DNA of 64,000 nt, from NCBI GenBank assembly GCA_036497165.1, contig DASXJW010000038.1, positions 888 to 64,887 on the forward strand, written 5' to 3'. Of the stretch, positions 29,280-37,831 are shown piece after piece. A program made the translations under genes and the position numbers. Position 1 is the stretch's first letter. Each line of letters opens with the position of its first letter. The stretch comes from Solirubrobacteraceae bacterium. GTDB lineage: Bacteria > Actinomycetota > Thermoleophilia > Solirubrobacterales > Solirubrobacteraceae. The notes beneath the pieces were generated by a model, which was not told where the DNA came from, did no database searches, and was given only the letters and a program-made list of their open reading frames with translations.

Positions 29280-30470
29280 ATGTCCAACGATCCCCGAAAT
29301 CGAGCGCCCACGGAGGACCCGCCGTACCGCGTCTACCGGTCCGGCGACGAGGGCCGGCCCGGCCCGTCCGATCCCGCGGAGCGCCCCTACAAGCTGTACC
29401 GCTCGGTTCCCAAGGGGCTGCGCGCCCGCCTGCGCGGCGAGGAGGACATCGCCGAATCTGGCCGCGGGCCCGACGGCGGCGGACCCGGGCGCCCGGGGCG
29501 CCGGCATGACGTCGAGCCGGGGGTGCCGTGGTGGCGGCGGCGCTGGAGCGTGCGGCGCGTGCTCACGTACCTGGTGCTCGCCATCGTCGGCTGGCTGGTG
29601 CTGTCGCTCGTGCTCTTCCTGGTCTCGGCCCAGATCCAGTCAGGGTCGGTGCCCGACTCCGTATCGGCGGCCCTGACCCCGGGGAGCAACATGCTGACCG
29701 GCACCGACACGGTGCTGGTCATCGGCACCGACCAGCGGCCCAAGGGCTCCAAGGAGCCCGGGGCGTTCGCCGGCGGAATTCGCTCGGACACGATGATGCT
29801 GTGGCGCATCGGCGGCGGGGCCTCGCGGCGGCTGTCGATCCCCCGCGACACCGTGGTGCCCATCCCCGGCCACGGCGTGACGAAGATCAACGCCGCCTAC
29901 TCCTACGGCGGCCCGGCGCTGGCGATCAAGACCGTCGAGAACCTCACCGGGGTCAAGGTCAACCACCTGATCATCGTCAACCTCGCCAACTTCCCGAAGT
30001 TCATCGACGCCATCGGCGGGGTCACCGTCAAGACCGGCCGGATCTGCTCCAACATCTCCGGCGGGGTCAAGAACGGCGGCTTCTCGCTGTTCCTGCGCCC
30101 CGGGGTGCATCACCTCACCGGCATCCAGGCGCTGACGCTGGCCCGGACGCGCGAGAACGCCTGCAACGCCGCCTCCAACGACCTCACCCGCGAGGGCTAC
30201 CAGCAGAAGATCCTCAACGCGATCAAGAGCCAGCTGCTCTCGCCGGGCATCTTCTTCCGCCTCCCATGGGCCTCGTGGGCGGCCCCCAAGGCCGTGCGCA
30301 CCGACATGGGCGGGCCCACCCTGATGACGCTGTTCGCCGCCGCCGAGGCTGGGGGGTCGGCGCCCACTCAGATCCTGGGAATCAACCACCTGCCGCTGCC
30401 AGACGCGCAGTCGGCGTCGGGGCAGGCGGCTATCCACAAGGCCGTGTCGAAGTTGATGAACGGCTCTTAG
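29280..30470 (+). CDS. LytR-CpsA-Psr (LCP) family protein
   Basis: single TM, IGTD.R, RSDTMML, SIPRD, KINAAY, IDAIGGV; start uncertain (29268 or 29280). Confidence 0.9.
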   Translation: MSNDPRNRAPTEDPPYRVYRSGDEGRPGPSDPAERPYKLYRSVPKGLRARLRGEEDIAESGRGPDGGGPGRPGRRHDVEPGVPWWRRRWSVRRVLTYLVLAIVGWLVLSLVLFLVSAQIQSGSVPDSVSAALTPGSNMLTGTDTVLVIGTDQRPKGSKEPGAFAGGIRSDTMMLWRIGGGASRRLSIPRDTVVPIPGHGVTKINAAYSYGGPALAIKTVENLTGVKVNHLIIVNLANFPKFIDAIGGVTVKTGRICSNISGGVKNGGFSLFLRPGVHHLTGIQALTLARTRENACNAASNDLTREGYQQKILNAIKSQLLSPGIFFRLPWASWAAPKAVRTDMGGPTLMTLFAAAEAGGSAPTQILGINHLPLPDAQSASGQAAIHKAVSKLMNGS

Positions 30471-30729
30471 GCCGCTGGCGCTGCCGGGGGCTGGTGGCGT
30501 TTGCGGCGACGCCGGCGCACGCCAACGGCGGCAATGAGGGTGAGGCCTGAGGGGGCGGCCAGAGGGGGCGGCGAAACGCGAAAGCGCGCTTTTTATGCGT
30601 ATACGAGCAAAATATCCCGATCCTCATTAGTGAAGGCGACGACGAAGGTGGGCGCGGCCGTTCTGCCCCCTCCTTCATCGCCGTCCTTGACGTCGCCGGC
30701 GTCCCGCCGCGAACGCCAGTCTGCGAGGG

Positions 30730-31080
30730 TCAGCCCGTGGAGGCCTTGCTCTCGGGCTTCTTCGAGGACGAGGAGCCGGAATCCGACGACGACGATGTGC
30801 TCTTGCTGTCGGAGTTCGAGCTGCTCTTGGAGTCCGAGGAGGCGCCCGACGAGTCGCTTGACCTCGAGGCCTCCTTGGCGGCCTCCTTCTCACGCGAGCG
30901 CTTCTGGGTGCCGTAGTCGGTGTTGTAGAAGCCGGAGCCCTTGAAGTGGACGGCGATCGGATGGAACACGCGCTGGACGGGAGCGCCGCAGACCTCGCAG
31001 GTCTGCACGGGGTCGTCGCTGATCCGCTGCATGACCTCGAACTGATGGCCCTTCTTGCACCGGTACTCGTAGATCGGCAT
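30730..31080 (-). CDS. FmdB-family zinc-ribbon protein with Ser-rich tail (Ruc/Rv0991c-like)
   Basis: MPIYEYRC..GH.FE, CEVCG, FKGSGFY.TDY, low-complexity S/D/K C-terminus. Confidence 0.9.
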   Translation of the reverse strand: MPIYEYRCKKGHQFEVMQRISDDPVQTCEVCGAPVQRVFHPIAVHFKGSGFYNTDYGTQKRSREKEAAKEASRSSDSSGASSDSKSSSNSDSKSTSSSSDSGSSSSKKPESKASTG

Positions 31081-31097
31081 CGCTTCAGAGAATATAG

Positions 31098-31124
31098 CTG
31101 GCACTCCCGGTCTGAGAGTGCCAA
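31098..31124. promoter_or_regulatory. CIRCE element (HrcA operator)
   Basis: CTGGCACTC-N9-GAGTGCCAA vs consensus TTAGCACTC-N9-GAGTGCTAA; TATATT -10 on minus strand at 31091-31096. Confidence 0.85.
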
Positions 31125-31166
31125 GGGCGCCGGGGGGCGGCTGCGGGTACCATCGACGGCCCGATC

Positions 31167-32582
31167 ATGCCGTCCTCAGAACCCGCCTCCACCCCCTCGA
31201 CCGACGCGGTCACCATGGACAAGATCGTGTCGCTGTGCAAGCGACGCGGATTCGTGTTCCAGAGCAGCGAGATCTACGGGGGGATCGGATCCAGCTACGA
31301 CTACGGCCACTACGGCGTGCTGCTCAAGAACAACGTCAAGGCCCAGTGGTGGCGGGCGATGCTCCAGGAGCGCGATGACGTCCTGGCGCTGGACTCGGCG
31401 ATCATCCAGCATCCGCGCACGTGGGAGGCGTCGGGGCACCTGGCCGGGTTCACCGACCCACTGGTGGACTGCCGCACCTGCAAGCTGCGCTTTCGCGCCG
31501 ACCACCTCGATGTCCTGGCCTGCGGCCGCAAGCCGTCCAAGCACCCGGGCGAGACGCCGGACTGCGACCTCACCGAGGCCCGCGACTTCAACCTCATGTT
31601 CGAGACGACGGTGGGCGCGGTCAAGGAGGAGGGCTCGACGGTGTACCTGCGGCCCGAGACGGCCCAGGGGATCTTCCTCAATTTCAAGAACTACCTGCAG
31701 TTCGGGCGCAAGAAGCCGCCCTTCGGCATCGCGCAGATCGGCAAGAGCTTCCGCAACGAGATCACGCCCGGGAACTTCATCTTCCGCACGCGCGAGTTCG
31801 AGCAGATGGAGATGGAGTTCTTCGTGCCCCCCGACGAGGCGCCCCGGTGGTTTGAGCACTGGCTGTCAGAGCGCCACGACTGGTACCTGAAGCTCGGCAT
31901 CCGGGCCGATCACCTGCGTCTGCGCGCCCACGACGCCGACGAGCTCAGCCATTACTCCAGCGGCACCAGCGACGTCGAGTACCTCTTCCCCATCGGCTGG
32001 CAGGAGCTCGAGGGCATCGCCAACCGCGGCAACTTCGACCTCACCCAGCACGCCGAGTACTCCGGCCAGAAGCTCGAGTACGTTGACACCGTGAGCGGCG
32101 AGCGCTACGTCCCCCACGTCATCGAGCCCGCCGCGGGCGCGGACCGGGCGATGCTGGCCTTCCTCGTCGACGCCTACGACGAGGACGAGATCGGCGGGGA
32201 ACAGCGCACCGTGCTGCGCCTGCATCCGCTGCTGGCGCCGGTCAAGGTCGCGGTTTTGCCCCTGGTGCGCAAGGACGGCCAGCCCGAGCTGGCCCGGCGC
32301 GTCTACCAGGAGCTGCGCGGACGGGTCCAGGCCGAGTACGACGAGGGCGGCGCCATCGGACGCCGCTACCGCCGCCAGGACGAGATCGGAACGCCGTGGG
32401 GGGTCACGATCGACCACCAGTCGCTCGAGGACGACACCGTCACCCTGCGCGACCGCGACAGCCTCGCCCAGGACCGGATCGCCATCTCGGACCTGGGTGA
32501 CGAGATCGAGCGCCGGCTGCGGGCGCCGTGGACATCTCCCAAGATCCCGTTCGCCGACAGCGACGCGGGCGCCGCCGGCTGA
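31167..32582 (+). CDS. glyQS: glycine--tRNA ligase (alpha2 type)
   Basis: CKRRGF, LRPETAQG, FRNEITP, REFEQME, IGRRYRRQDEIGTP. Confidence 0.96.
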   Translation: MPSSEPASTPSTDAVTMDKIVSLCKRRGFVFQSSEIYGGIGSSYDYGHYGVLLKNNVKAQWWRAMLQERDDVLALDSAIIQHPRTWEASGHLAGFTDPLVDCRTCKLRFRADHLDVLACGRKPSKHPGETPDCDLTEARDFNLMFETTVGAVKEEGSTVYLRPETAQGIFLNFKNYLQFGRKKPPFGIAQIGKSFRNEITPGNFIFRTREFEQMEMEFFVPPDEAPRWFEHWLSERHDWYLKLGIRADHLRLRAHDADELSHYSSGTSDVEYLFPIGWQELEGIANRGNFDLTQHAEYSGQKLEYVDTVSGERYVPHVIEPAAGADRAMLAFLVDAYDEDEIGGEQRTVLRLHPLLAPVKVAVLPLVRKDGQPELARRVYQELRGRVQAEYDEGGAIGRRYRRQDEIGTPWGVTIDHQSLEDDTVTLRDRDSLAQDRIAISDLGDEIERRLRAPWTSPKIPFADSDAGAAG

Positions 32583-32595
32583 GCGCCGGGTCCGG

Positions 32596-34254
32596 CTACA
32601 CGGTCAGCGTCACCGGCGCCGACGCGCCGGCCAGGCTGACGTCGTCCGCCGCCGCGCGCGCCACGATCACGTACTGGCCACGCGGCTGTCGCCCCAGCGA
32701 CACGGCGGCGTCGAACCTCCCGCCGGCCGCCTCCAGGCGCCGGCTCGAGACGAGCTTGCGGCGCCCCTTGACGAGCTTGTAGACGCTCACCGTCACGGGC
32801 TTGGCGGGCAGAACGGCCCCCGTCACCCGCACCGGCGAGGTGGAGGCGAGCGCGAGCGTGAGCACCGGGGCGACGCCGATGACCACCAGGTTCGACACCG
32901 CCGCGGGACGCGCGGCATGCAGCGCGCGCAGCACGGCCGACCGCGCGACGGGCAGCGTCGCCGTCCAGGATCCGTCGGTCGCGGTGGTGACGGTGGCGAG
33001 CGTCTCGAGGACACCGTCGCCACTGACGTTCTGGACCTGAAGGGGCGCACCGGCGAGCGGCCCCAGGCCCTGCTCGGCAAACGCCCCGCTGAGCACCACC
33101 GCCGCCCCCGGGGCCACGCGCGTCTGGGCCGCGACCAGGCTGAGGGTGTTGAGCGGGCCGGCCTGCCCCTGGACGCTGGTGCGCACGGTGGGGAGGCGGC
33201 GATAGAGGTCGGTGCCGGGACAGCTGGTCATGTCGCCGTCACGATGGCCGGCGATCCGGGGCAGCAGGACGCGCTGGCCCGGCGCAAACGGGGTGTAGAA
33301 GGCATCGGAGGGGTTGACCTCGACGCGGACCCTCCCCTGCGGCGGGACGCCGTGCAGGGCCAGCTTCCAGGCCAGCACGCGCTGAAGCGCGGTCATCGCC
33401 GCCGGCGAGGGCTGCGCGGACATGAACGACCCCAGGATGGCCACCCCGGTGGAGACGGAGTTGTAGCCGCCGGCATGGGCGCCGACGACCGGCTGGTCAA
33501 CGCCGCCGGCGCGCGCCTCCCAGATCCGTCCGTAGGCGTCGATGACGAAGTTGTAGGCGATGTCGAAGTAGCCCCGGGTGAACCGGTGGTAGTCGTAGAT
33601 GGCCAGCAGCATCCCCGGCACCTGCCCCGGCGAGTAGCCGTTGGGGTTCTCGGTGTGGTGCACGAAGGCCAGCTCGATCGACCCGTAATACGGGCCCGAC
33701 GCGGGCGGGTGACGCCGGCCCGCCCAGGCCGAGCGGGCGATGATGGGAGGCTGACCGGGGCCGGCGGGCAGGTTGACGTCGACCAGCCCATACGGCGCAG
33801 CGGTGATGAACCGGTGCATCCCCGCGGCCGCCGGCACGGCGCCGGCGGCGACGAAGTGCAGGCGCACGCCGCTCACCGCCCGCCCGGCGCGCAGCTGCAC
33901 CTCATCGGCCGGTCCGAACCACAGGGGCTCGCCGAACTCGGCGCTGCGGCCGGCGGGACGGTCGGGCTCATGGCCGGCCACCGAGGCCAGGGCCCAGCGG
34001 CTCCATCGCCCGCCGCGGCGGCGGGCGCGCATCTCGATCCGCGCCGCCCGCGGCCCGGCCCACTGCACGCCGGCCAGCACGAACGGGCGGCCGGGGGCAA
34101 TCGCCGGCGAGATCCCGGCGATGGCGCCCACCGCATGGCTGAACACGCGACTCTCCGCGCGACCGTGCGCCAGTCCCGCCGCGGGGCTCAGCAGTCCGGC
34201 GGCTCCTGCCGCGGCGGCGCTCCCCAGCAGCGTGCGGCGGGTGACCTCGCTCAT
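32596..34254 (-). CDS. Tat-exported N-acetylmuramoyl-L-alanine amidase (Amidase_2/PGRP) with C-terminal beta-rich domains
   Basis: TRRTLL signal; FVHHT, DIAYNF, GAHAGGYN, GHRD..TSCPG; ATGA overlap at 34251-34254. Confidence 0.88.
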   Translation of the reverse strand: MSEVTRRTLLGSAAAAGAAGLLSPAAGLAHGRAESRVFSHAVGAIAGISPAIAPGRPFVLAGVQWAGPRAARIEMRARRRGGRWSRWALASVAGHEPDRPAGRSAEFGEPLWFGPADEVQLRAGRAVSGVRLHFVAAGAVPAAAGMHRFITAAPYGLVDVNLPAGPGQPPIIARSAWAGRRHPPASGPYYGSIELAFVHHTENPNGYSPGQVPGMLLAIYDYHRFTRGYFDIAYNFVIDAYGRIWEARAGGVDQPVVGAHAGGYNSVSTGVAILGSFMSAQPSPAAMTALQRVLAWKLALHGVPPQGRVRVEVNPSDAFYTPFAPGQRVLLPRIAGHRDGDMTSCPGTDLYRRLPTVRTSVQGQAGPLNTLSLVAAQTRVAPGAAVVLSGAFAEQGLGPLAGAPLQVQNVSGDGVLETLATVTTATDGSWTATLPVARSAVLRALHAARPAAVSNLVVIGVAPVLTLALASTSPVRVTGAVLPAKPVTVSVYKLVKGRRKLVSSRRLEAAGGRFDAAVSLGRQPRGQYVIVARAAADDVSLAGASAPVTLTV

Positions 34255-34442
34255 CGCGGCCGGGAGCGTGGTCGCGGCCGCGGGCGGGCGCGGCGGCGCT
34301 GGGTCGCAGCGGTGACGGCGAGCAGGAGCAGGGCGGCGATTCCCATCATCCCTGCCACGGCGATCCCTGGCGTCATGATGAGGACGACGATGGCGATGGC
34401 CAGAGCGATAGTGGCATCGACGAGCAGCAGGTTGTGGGTCAG
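34251..34442 (-). CDS. small two-helix membrane protein with basic tail (apparent CTG start)
   Basis: LTHNLLLVDATIALAIAIVVLIMTPGIAVAGMMGIAALLLLAVTAATQRRRARPRPR; fills the operon gap with 4-bp overlaps at both ends. Confidence 0.55.
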   Translation of the reverse strand: MTHNLLLVDATIALAIAIVVLIMTPGIAVAGMMGIAALLLLAVTAATQRRRARPRPRPRSRPR

Positions 34443-35233
34443 AGCGGAAGCCTCCGGTAGATCGGACGAGGCAGATGCCGGAGCACGGCGAACACGAAAC
34501 GCAGACGACCGGGAACCCAGACGGTGTGAGCACGTCCGGTGAGGGCCCTGACCGTAGCATCCGCGACCTGTTCGGGCGCCACCGCCATCGGCGCCGGCGT
34601 CAAGCCCGCGGTCATGCGCGTGCGCACGAAGCCAGGGCGCACGACCACGACGCGAACGCCGGTGCCGGCGCAGGAGTCGGCCAGTCCCTGAGCCAGCGCA
34701 TCCAGACCGGCCTTGGCGGCGCCGTAGACCGCGTTGCCCGCCCGGGGGCGCTCGGCGGCCACCGACGAGAGCACGATCAGCGTCCCCCGGCCCTGGTCGC
34801 GCAGCCGGCGCAGGCACTCCAGCAGAAGCGAGCCCGTGCCCAGAAACGTGATTCGCATGACTTCGAGGGCCTCGCGTGGATCGGCGTCGAGCCCGGCCTG
34901 GGCGCCCAACCGCCCCACGGCAACGACCACGACGTCAAAGCCGCCCGCGTCATGAAACGCCTGGGCAACCGCCTCCCCGTGGGCGTCGATCTCTCCGGCA
35001 TCGGCGGCCACGATCCCGACCGGGTCCACCCCTCGCTCGGCCAGCCATCGGGCCGCCGTGCCGAGTCGCTCCTGGTCGCGGCCGAGCAGACAGGCGCTCG
35101 TGGGACCATCGGCGGCCAGGCGCCGGACGACGGCGAGGCCGATCTCCGAGCTGCCGCCGACGAGCAGCACGCGCCGGACCGCGGACTCCTTCGGTGGGGC
35201 GCCGGCTCCATCGACTGCGAACGCGCTCGTCAT
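34439..35233 (-). CDS. dprE2: DprE2-like SDR (polyprenylphospho-2-keto-pentose reductase)
   Basis: GGSSEIG, SSVAAERPR..N.VYGAAKAGLD, RPGFVRTRMT; coupled to dprE1. Confidence 0.8.
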   Translation of the reverse strand: MTSAFAVDGAGAPPKESAVRRVLLVGGSSEIGLAVVRRLAADGPTSACLLGRDQERLGTAARWLAERGVDPVGIVAADAGEIDAHGEAVAQAFHDAGGFDVVVVAVGRLGAQAGLDADPREALEVMRITFLGTGSLLLECLRRLRDQGRGTLIVLSSVAAERPRAGNAVYGAAKAGLDALAQGLADSCAGTGVRVVVVRPGFVRTRMTAGLTPAPMAVAPEQVADATVRALTGRAHTVWVPGRLRFVFAVLRHLPRPIYRRLPL

Positions 35234-36627
35234 CGCCGGGCCTCGACCAGTCCGGCGCGCACGCCCAGGTCCGACGCCCAGACGCCTTCGGGATCGTGGC
35301 GGTCGCGGACCTGGCGCCACTCGCTCAGGCGCGGGTACATCGCCGCCATCACGTCGGGGCGCAGGCGACCGTCCTTGGCGAGGTACACGCGACCGCCGGC
35401 GAGCGCGACCCACCCGTCGCACGCGTCGAGCAGTGCCGGCAGACCGGGCGCGCCCACGGGCATGTCCAGCGCCAGCGTCCACCCGGCCAGCGGGAAGGAC
35501 AGCGGCGCGTCCCCGGCTGGGCCGAGGTCCTTGAGCACCGCGAGGTAGCACGGAACCGACGAGTCGCGCAACGCGGCGATGACCCGATCGAGCGTGTGCT
35601 CCTGGCCACGGGGCACGACGAACTGGTACTGGACCAGCCCGGACTGGCCATAGAGCCGCGGCCAGGCGCGCAGGCCGTCCAAGGGGAACATGTGCGCGCC
35701 GTAGGGCTGCGGCACCGACCGGGCGCGGTGCGGGGAGCGCCGGAAGCGGTAGGCGTTATAGGCGCGCACGAGACCGGGGCGCAACAGCCCACCGGGCCAG
35801 CCCGCGGGCACGGTCCCCCGGGGGCTGACCGTGGTCGTGCCGCCGCGCTGGCCAGGATCGTCCGCGTGCCACGCGCGCGTCACGATCCCCCGCGCCGGTA
35901 CGGGACCGAGCAGGTCCAGCCAGGCGACCCGATGCTCGCCGCCCGGGCCAGCGAGGAGCGCCAGCGCATCGTCGAGGCGCTCGATCCGATCGGTGTCGAC
36001 CAACAGCATCCGGCTCGGGAGGCGCCGCAGCGCGAGACGCGCCCAGACGATGACCCCGGTCAGCCCCATGCCGCCGAGCGTCGCGGCAAACAGCTGCGGG
36101 TCGGTGTCTCGGGTCAGCTCCCGGAGCTCCCCGGAGGCCATGAGCAGCCCCATGGCCTGCACGTGGGCACCGAAGGTCCCAGCGGTACCGTGGTTCTTGC
36201 CATGGACGTCGGCGGCGATCGCGCCGCCCACGGTGACGTGCTGGGTGCCTGGGACGACGGGCAGGACCCACCCGGTGCGCGCCAGGGTGCCGAGCAGGTG
36301 GCCCAGAGTCACTCCGGCCTGCACCCGAACGGTGCCGTCCGTCGGATCGAGTTCGAACGCGTCGAGGGCGGTGGTGTCGAGCACCACCCCGCCGTGGCGC
36401 TGAGCGGCATCGCCGTAGCTTCGACCCATGCCACGCGCGATCGCCCCTCGCGCTGACCGTGCCGGTCCGCGAGACACCGAGGCCACGGCCTCGGCCATGG
36501 CGCCGAGATCGGGCGGGCGCAGCACCGACACCGCCGCCGACCTCACGCCCCCCCACCCACTCACGACCGCAAAGCCGGGGATGGTGGGCGCCGTGCGCGG
36601 CTCCGCGGTGCCTTCAGCCAGCGGCAT
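35230..36627 (-). CDS. dprE1: DprE1-like FAD-binding oxidoreductase
   Basis: RGMGRSYGD, PGTQHVTVGGAIAADVHGKNH, GGMGLTG, QYQF, YLAKD. Confidence 0.85.
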   Translation of the reverse strand: MPLAEGTAEPRTAPTIPGFAVVSGWGGVRSAAVSVLRPPDLGAMAEAVASVSRGPARSARGAIARGMGRSYGDAAQRHGGVVLDTTALDAFELDPTDGTVRVQAGVTLGHLLGTLARTGWVLPVVPGTQHVTVGGAIAADVHGKNHGTAGTFGAHVQAMGLLMASGELRELTRDTDPQLFAATLGGMGLTGVIVWARLALRRLPSRMLLVDTDRIERLDDALALLAGPGGEHRVAWLDLLGPVPARGIVTRAWHADDPGQRGGTTTVSPRGTVPAGWPGGLLRPGLVRAYNAYRFRRSPHRARSVPQPYGAHMFPLDGLRAWPRLYGQSGLVQYQFVVPRGQEHTLDRVIAALRDSSVPCYLAVLKDLGPAGDAPLSFPLAGWTLALDMPVGAPGLPALLDACDGWVALAGGRVYLAKDGRLRPDVMAAMYPRLSEWRQVRDRHDPEGVWASDLGVRAGLVEARR

Positions 36628-37621
36628 TGACGCTCATCACGAACAGCAGCAGCCAGGTCACGGCGGCGATCGCCAGGGTGCGGTCGGCGGTGAGGATCTC
36701 CTCAGGAGCCTCCCCCGCCCCGGCCTGGACGAGGCTGCCGTAGCGCAGCAGGCAGACCGCGAACGGAATCACAGTCAGCGGCCGCCACGGGATCCCGTCG
36801 ATGTCGGGGAGCTCGAACGCCCACACGCAGTAGGCAAACAGCGCGCCTGCCCCCGCCAGGGCCAGCAGCCGGCGGAGCAGATCCCGGGTGTAGAAACGCA
36901 GCACGTGGCGCGCGTCCACGCCACGGGCGGGTGCGCGAATCAGCTCGGCGAGCCGCTTCCCGCCGGCCACGAACAGGGCGGCGCAGGTCACCACGAGCAC
37001 GAACCAGCGCGACAGGCCCACGGGGGCCGCGACGCCGCCGGCGACCGCGCGCAGGACGAAGCCGCCGGCCAGGGCGATGAGGTCGAGGAGCGGCAGGTGC
37101 CGCCAGATCCAGCTGTAGGTGAGCGTCAGGCCGACATAGGCCAGCCCGACGACCGCCACCATCGGAGTGACCGCGGCGCCGAGGATGAGCCCGCAGACGA
37201 TCCACGCCGCGCCGGAGACGGCGGCGTCACGGGGCGAGACCTCGCCCGCGGCCACCGGGCGCCGCGCCTTACGAGGGTGGCGCCGGTCCTCGTGGCGATC
37301 GCGCACATCGTTGAGCGCGTAGATCCCGGCCGACAGCAGGCAGAAGGCGAGGCAGCTGACGAGCACGCGACCCGGCACGTCATCCTGCCCGAGGGCGCCG
37401 GCCGCACCGGGAGCGCCGATGACCAGCGCGTTCTTCACCCATTGCCGGGGGCGGGCGAGCGCCAGCAGCGCTCGTCGCGGACTCCGCCGCGCCAGGCCGA
37501 TGGGGATGATGGGACGCGCGACGGTCGTGCGCGCCACCGCCGCAGCCGTGACCGGCACGGGCCGTTCGCGGGCGCGCCTCGCGCTCGCGGGCCCAGGGTC
37601 CACTGGCTGCATCAGCGGCAT
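36614..37621 (-). CDS. UbiA-family decaprenyl-phosphate phosphoribosyltransferase
   Basis: RPRQWVKN, YALNDVRD..EDRRHPRK..RPVAAG, GFVLRA, KR.AE, GEAPEE; start uncertain. Confidence 0.88.
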   Translation of the reverse strand: MPLMQPVDPGPASARRARERPVPVTAAAVARTTVARPIIPIGLARRSPRRALLALARPRQWVKNALVIGAPGAAGALGQDDVPGRVLVSCLAFCLLSAGIYALNDVRDRHEDRRHPRKARRPVAAGEVSPRDAAVSGAAWIVCGLILGAAVTPMVAVVGLAYVGLTLTYSWIWRHLPLLDLIALAGGFVLRAVAGGVAAPVGLSRWFVLVVTCAALFVAGGKRLAELIRAPARGVDARHVLRFYTRDLLRRLLALAGAGALFAYCVWAFELPDIDGIPWRPLTVIPFAVCLLRYGSLVQAGAGEAPEEILTADRTLAIAAVTWLLLFVMSVNAAG

Positions 37622-37658
37622 GATGAGCAGTCCGCCTCAACCGAAGCTGACGGGCCGG

Positions 37659-37786
37659 TGAGTAACTTCTCAGTCCTGCTCATGAGTAACTTCTCACTGT
37701 CACATGACTCGGTCGCATTTCAGTCTGTCACTCGTTTCACTGGGCGCGTGGCATTACCTGCCACGTGAGCGATGAGTAAGTTCTCA
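37659..37786. promoter_or_regulatory. three TGAGTAASTTCTCA boxes in divergent intergenic region
   Basis: TGAGTAACTTCTCA at 37659-37672 and 37683-37696; TGAGTAAGTTCTCA at 37773-37786. Confidence 0.75.
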
Positions 37787-37831
37787 GCGATCCTTTAGCC
37801 AGGCCGCGGTGCACCGCTGGATGATCGGGCC

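Noticed and set aside
30430-30678. 82-aa minus-strand ORF between LCP and FmdB
   Set aside because: Overlaps the LCP end, atypical composition, coincides with palindromes and hairpins.
37659-37786. CRISPR-like repeats (also considered for 4328-4445 and 39738-39789)
   Set aside because: Too short, too few, irregular spacing and no cas genes.
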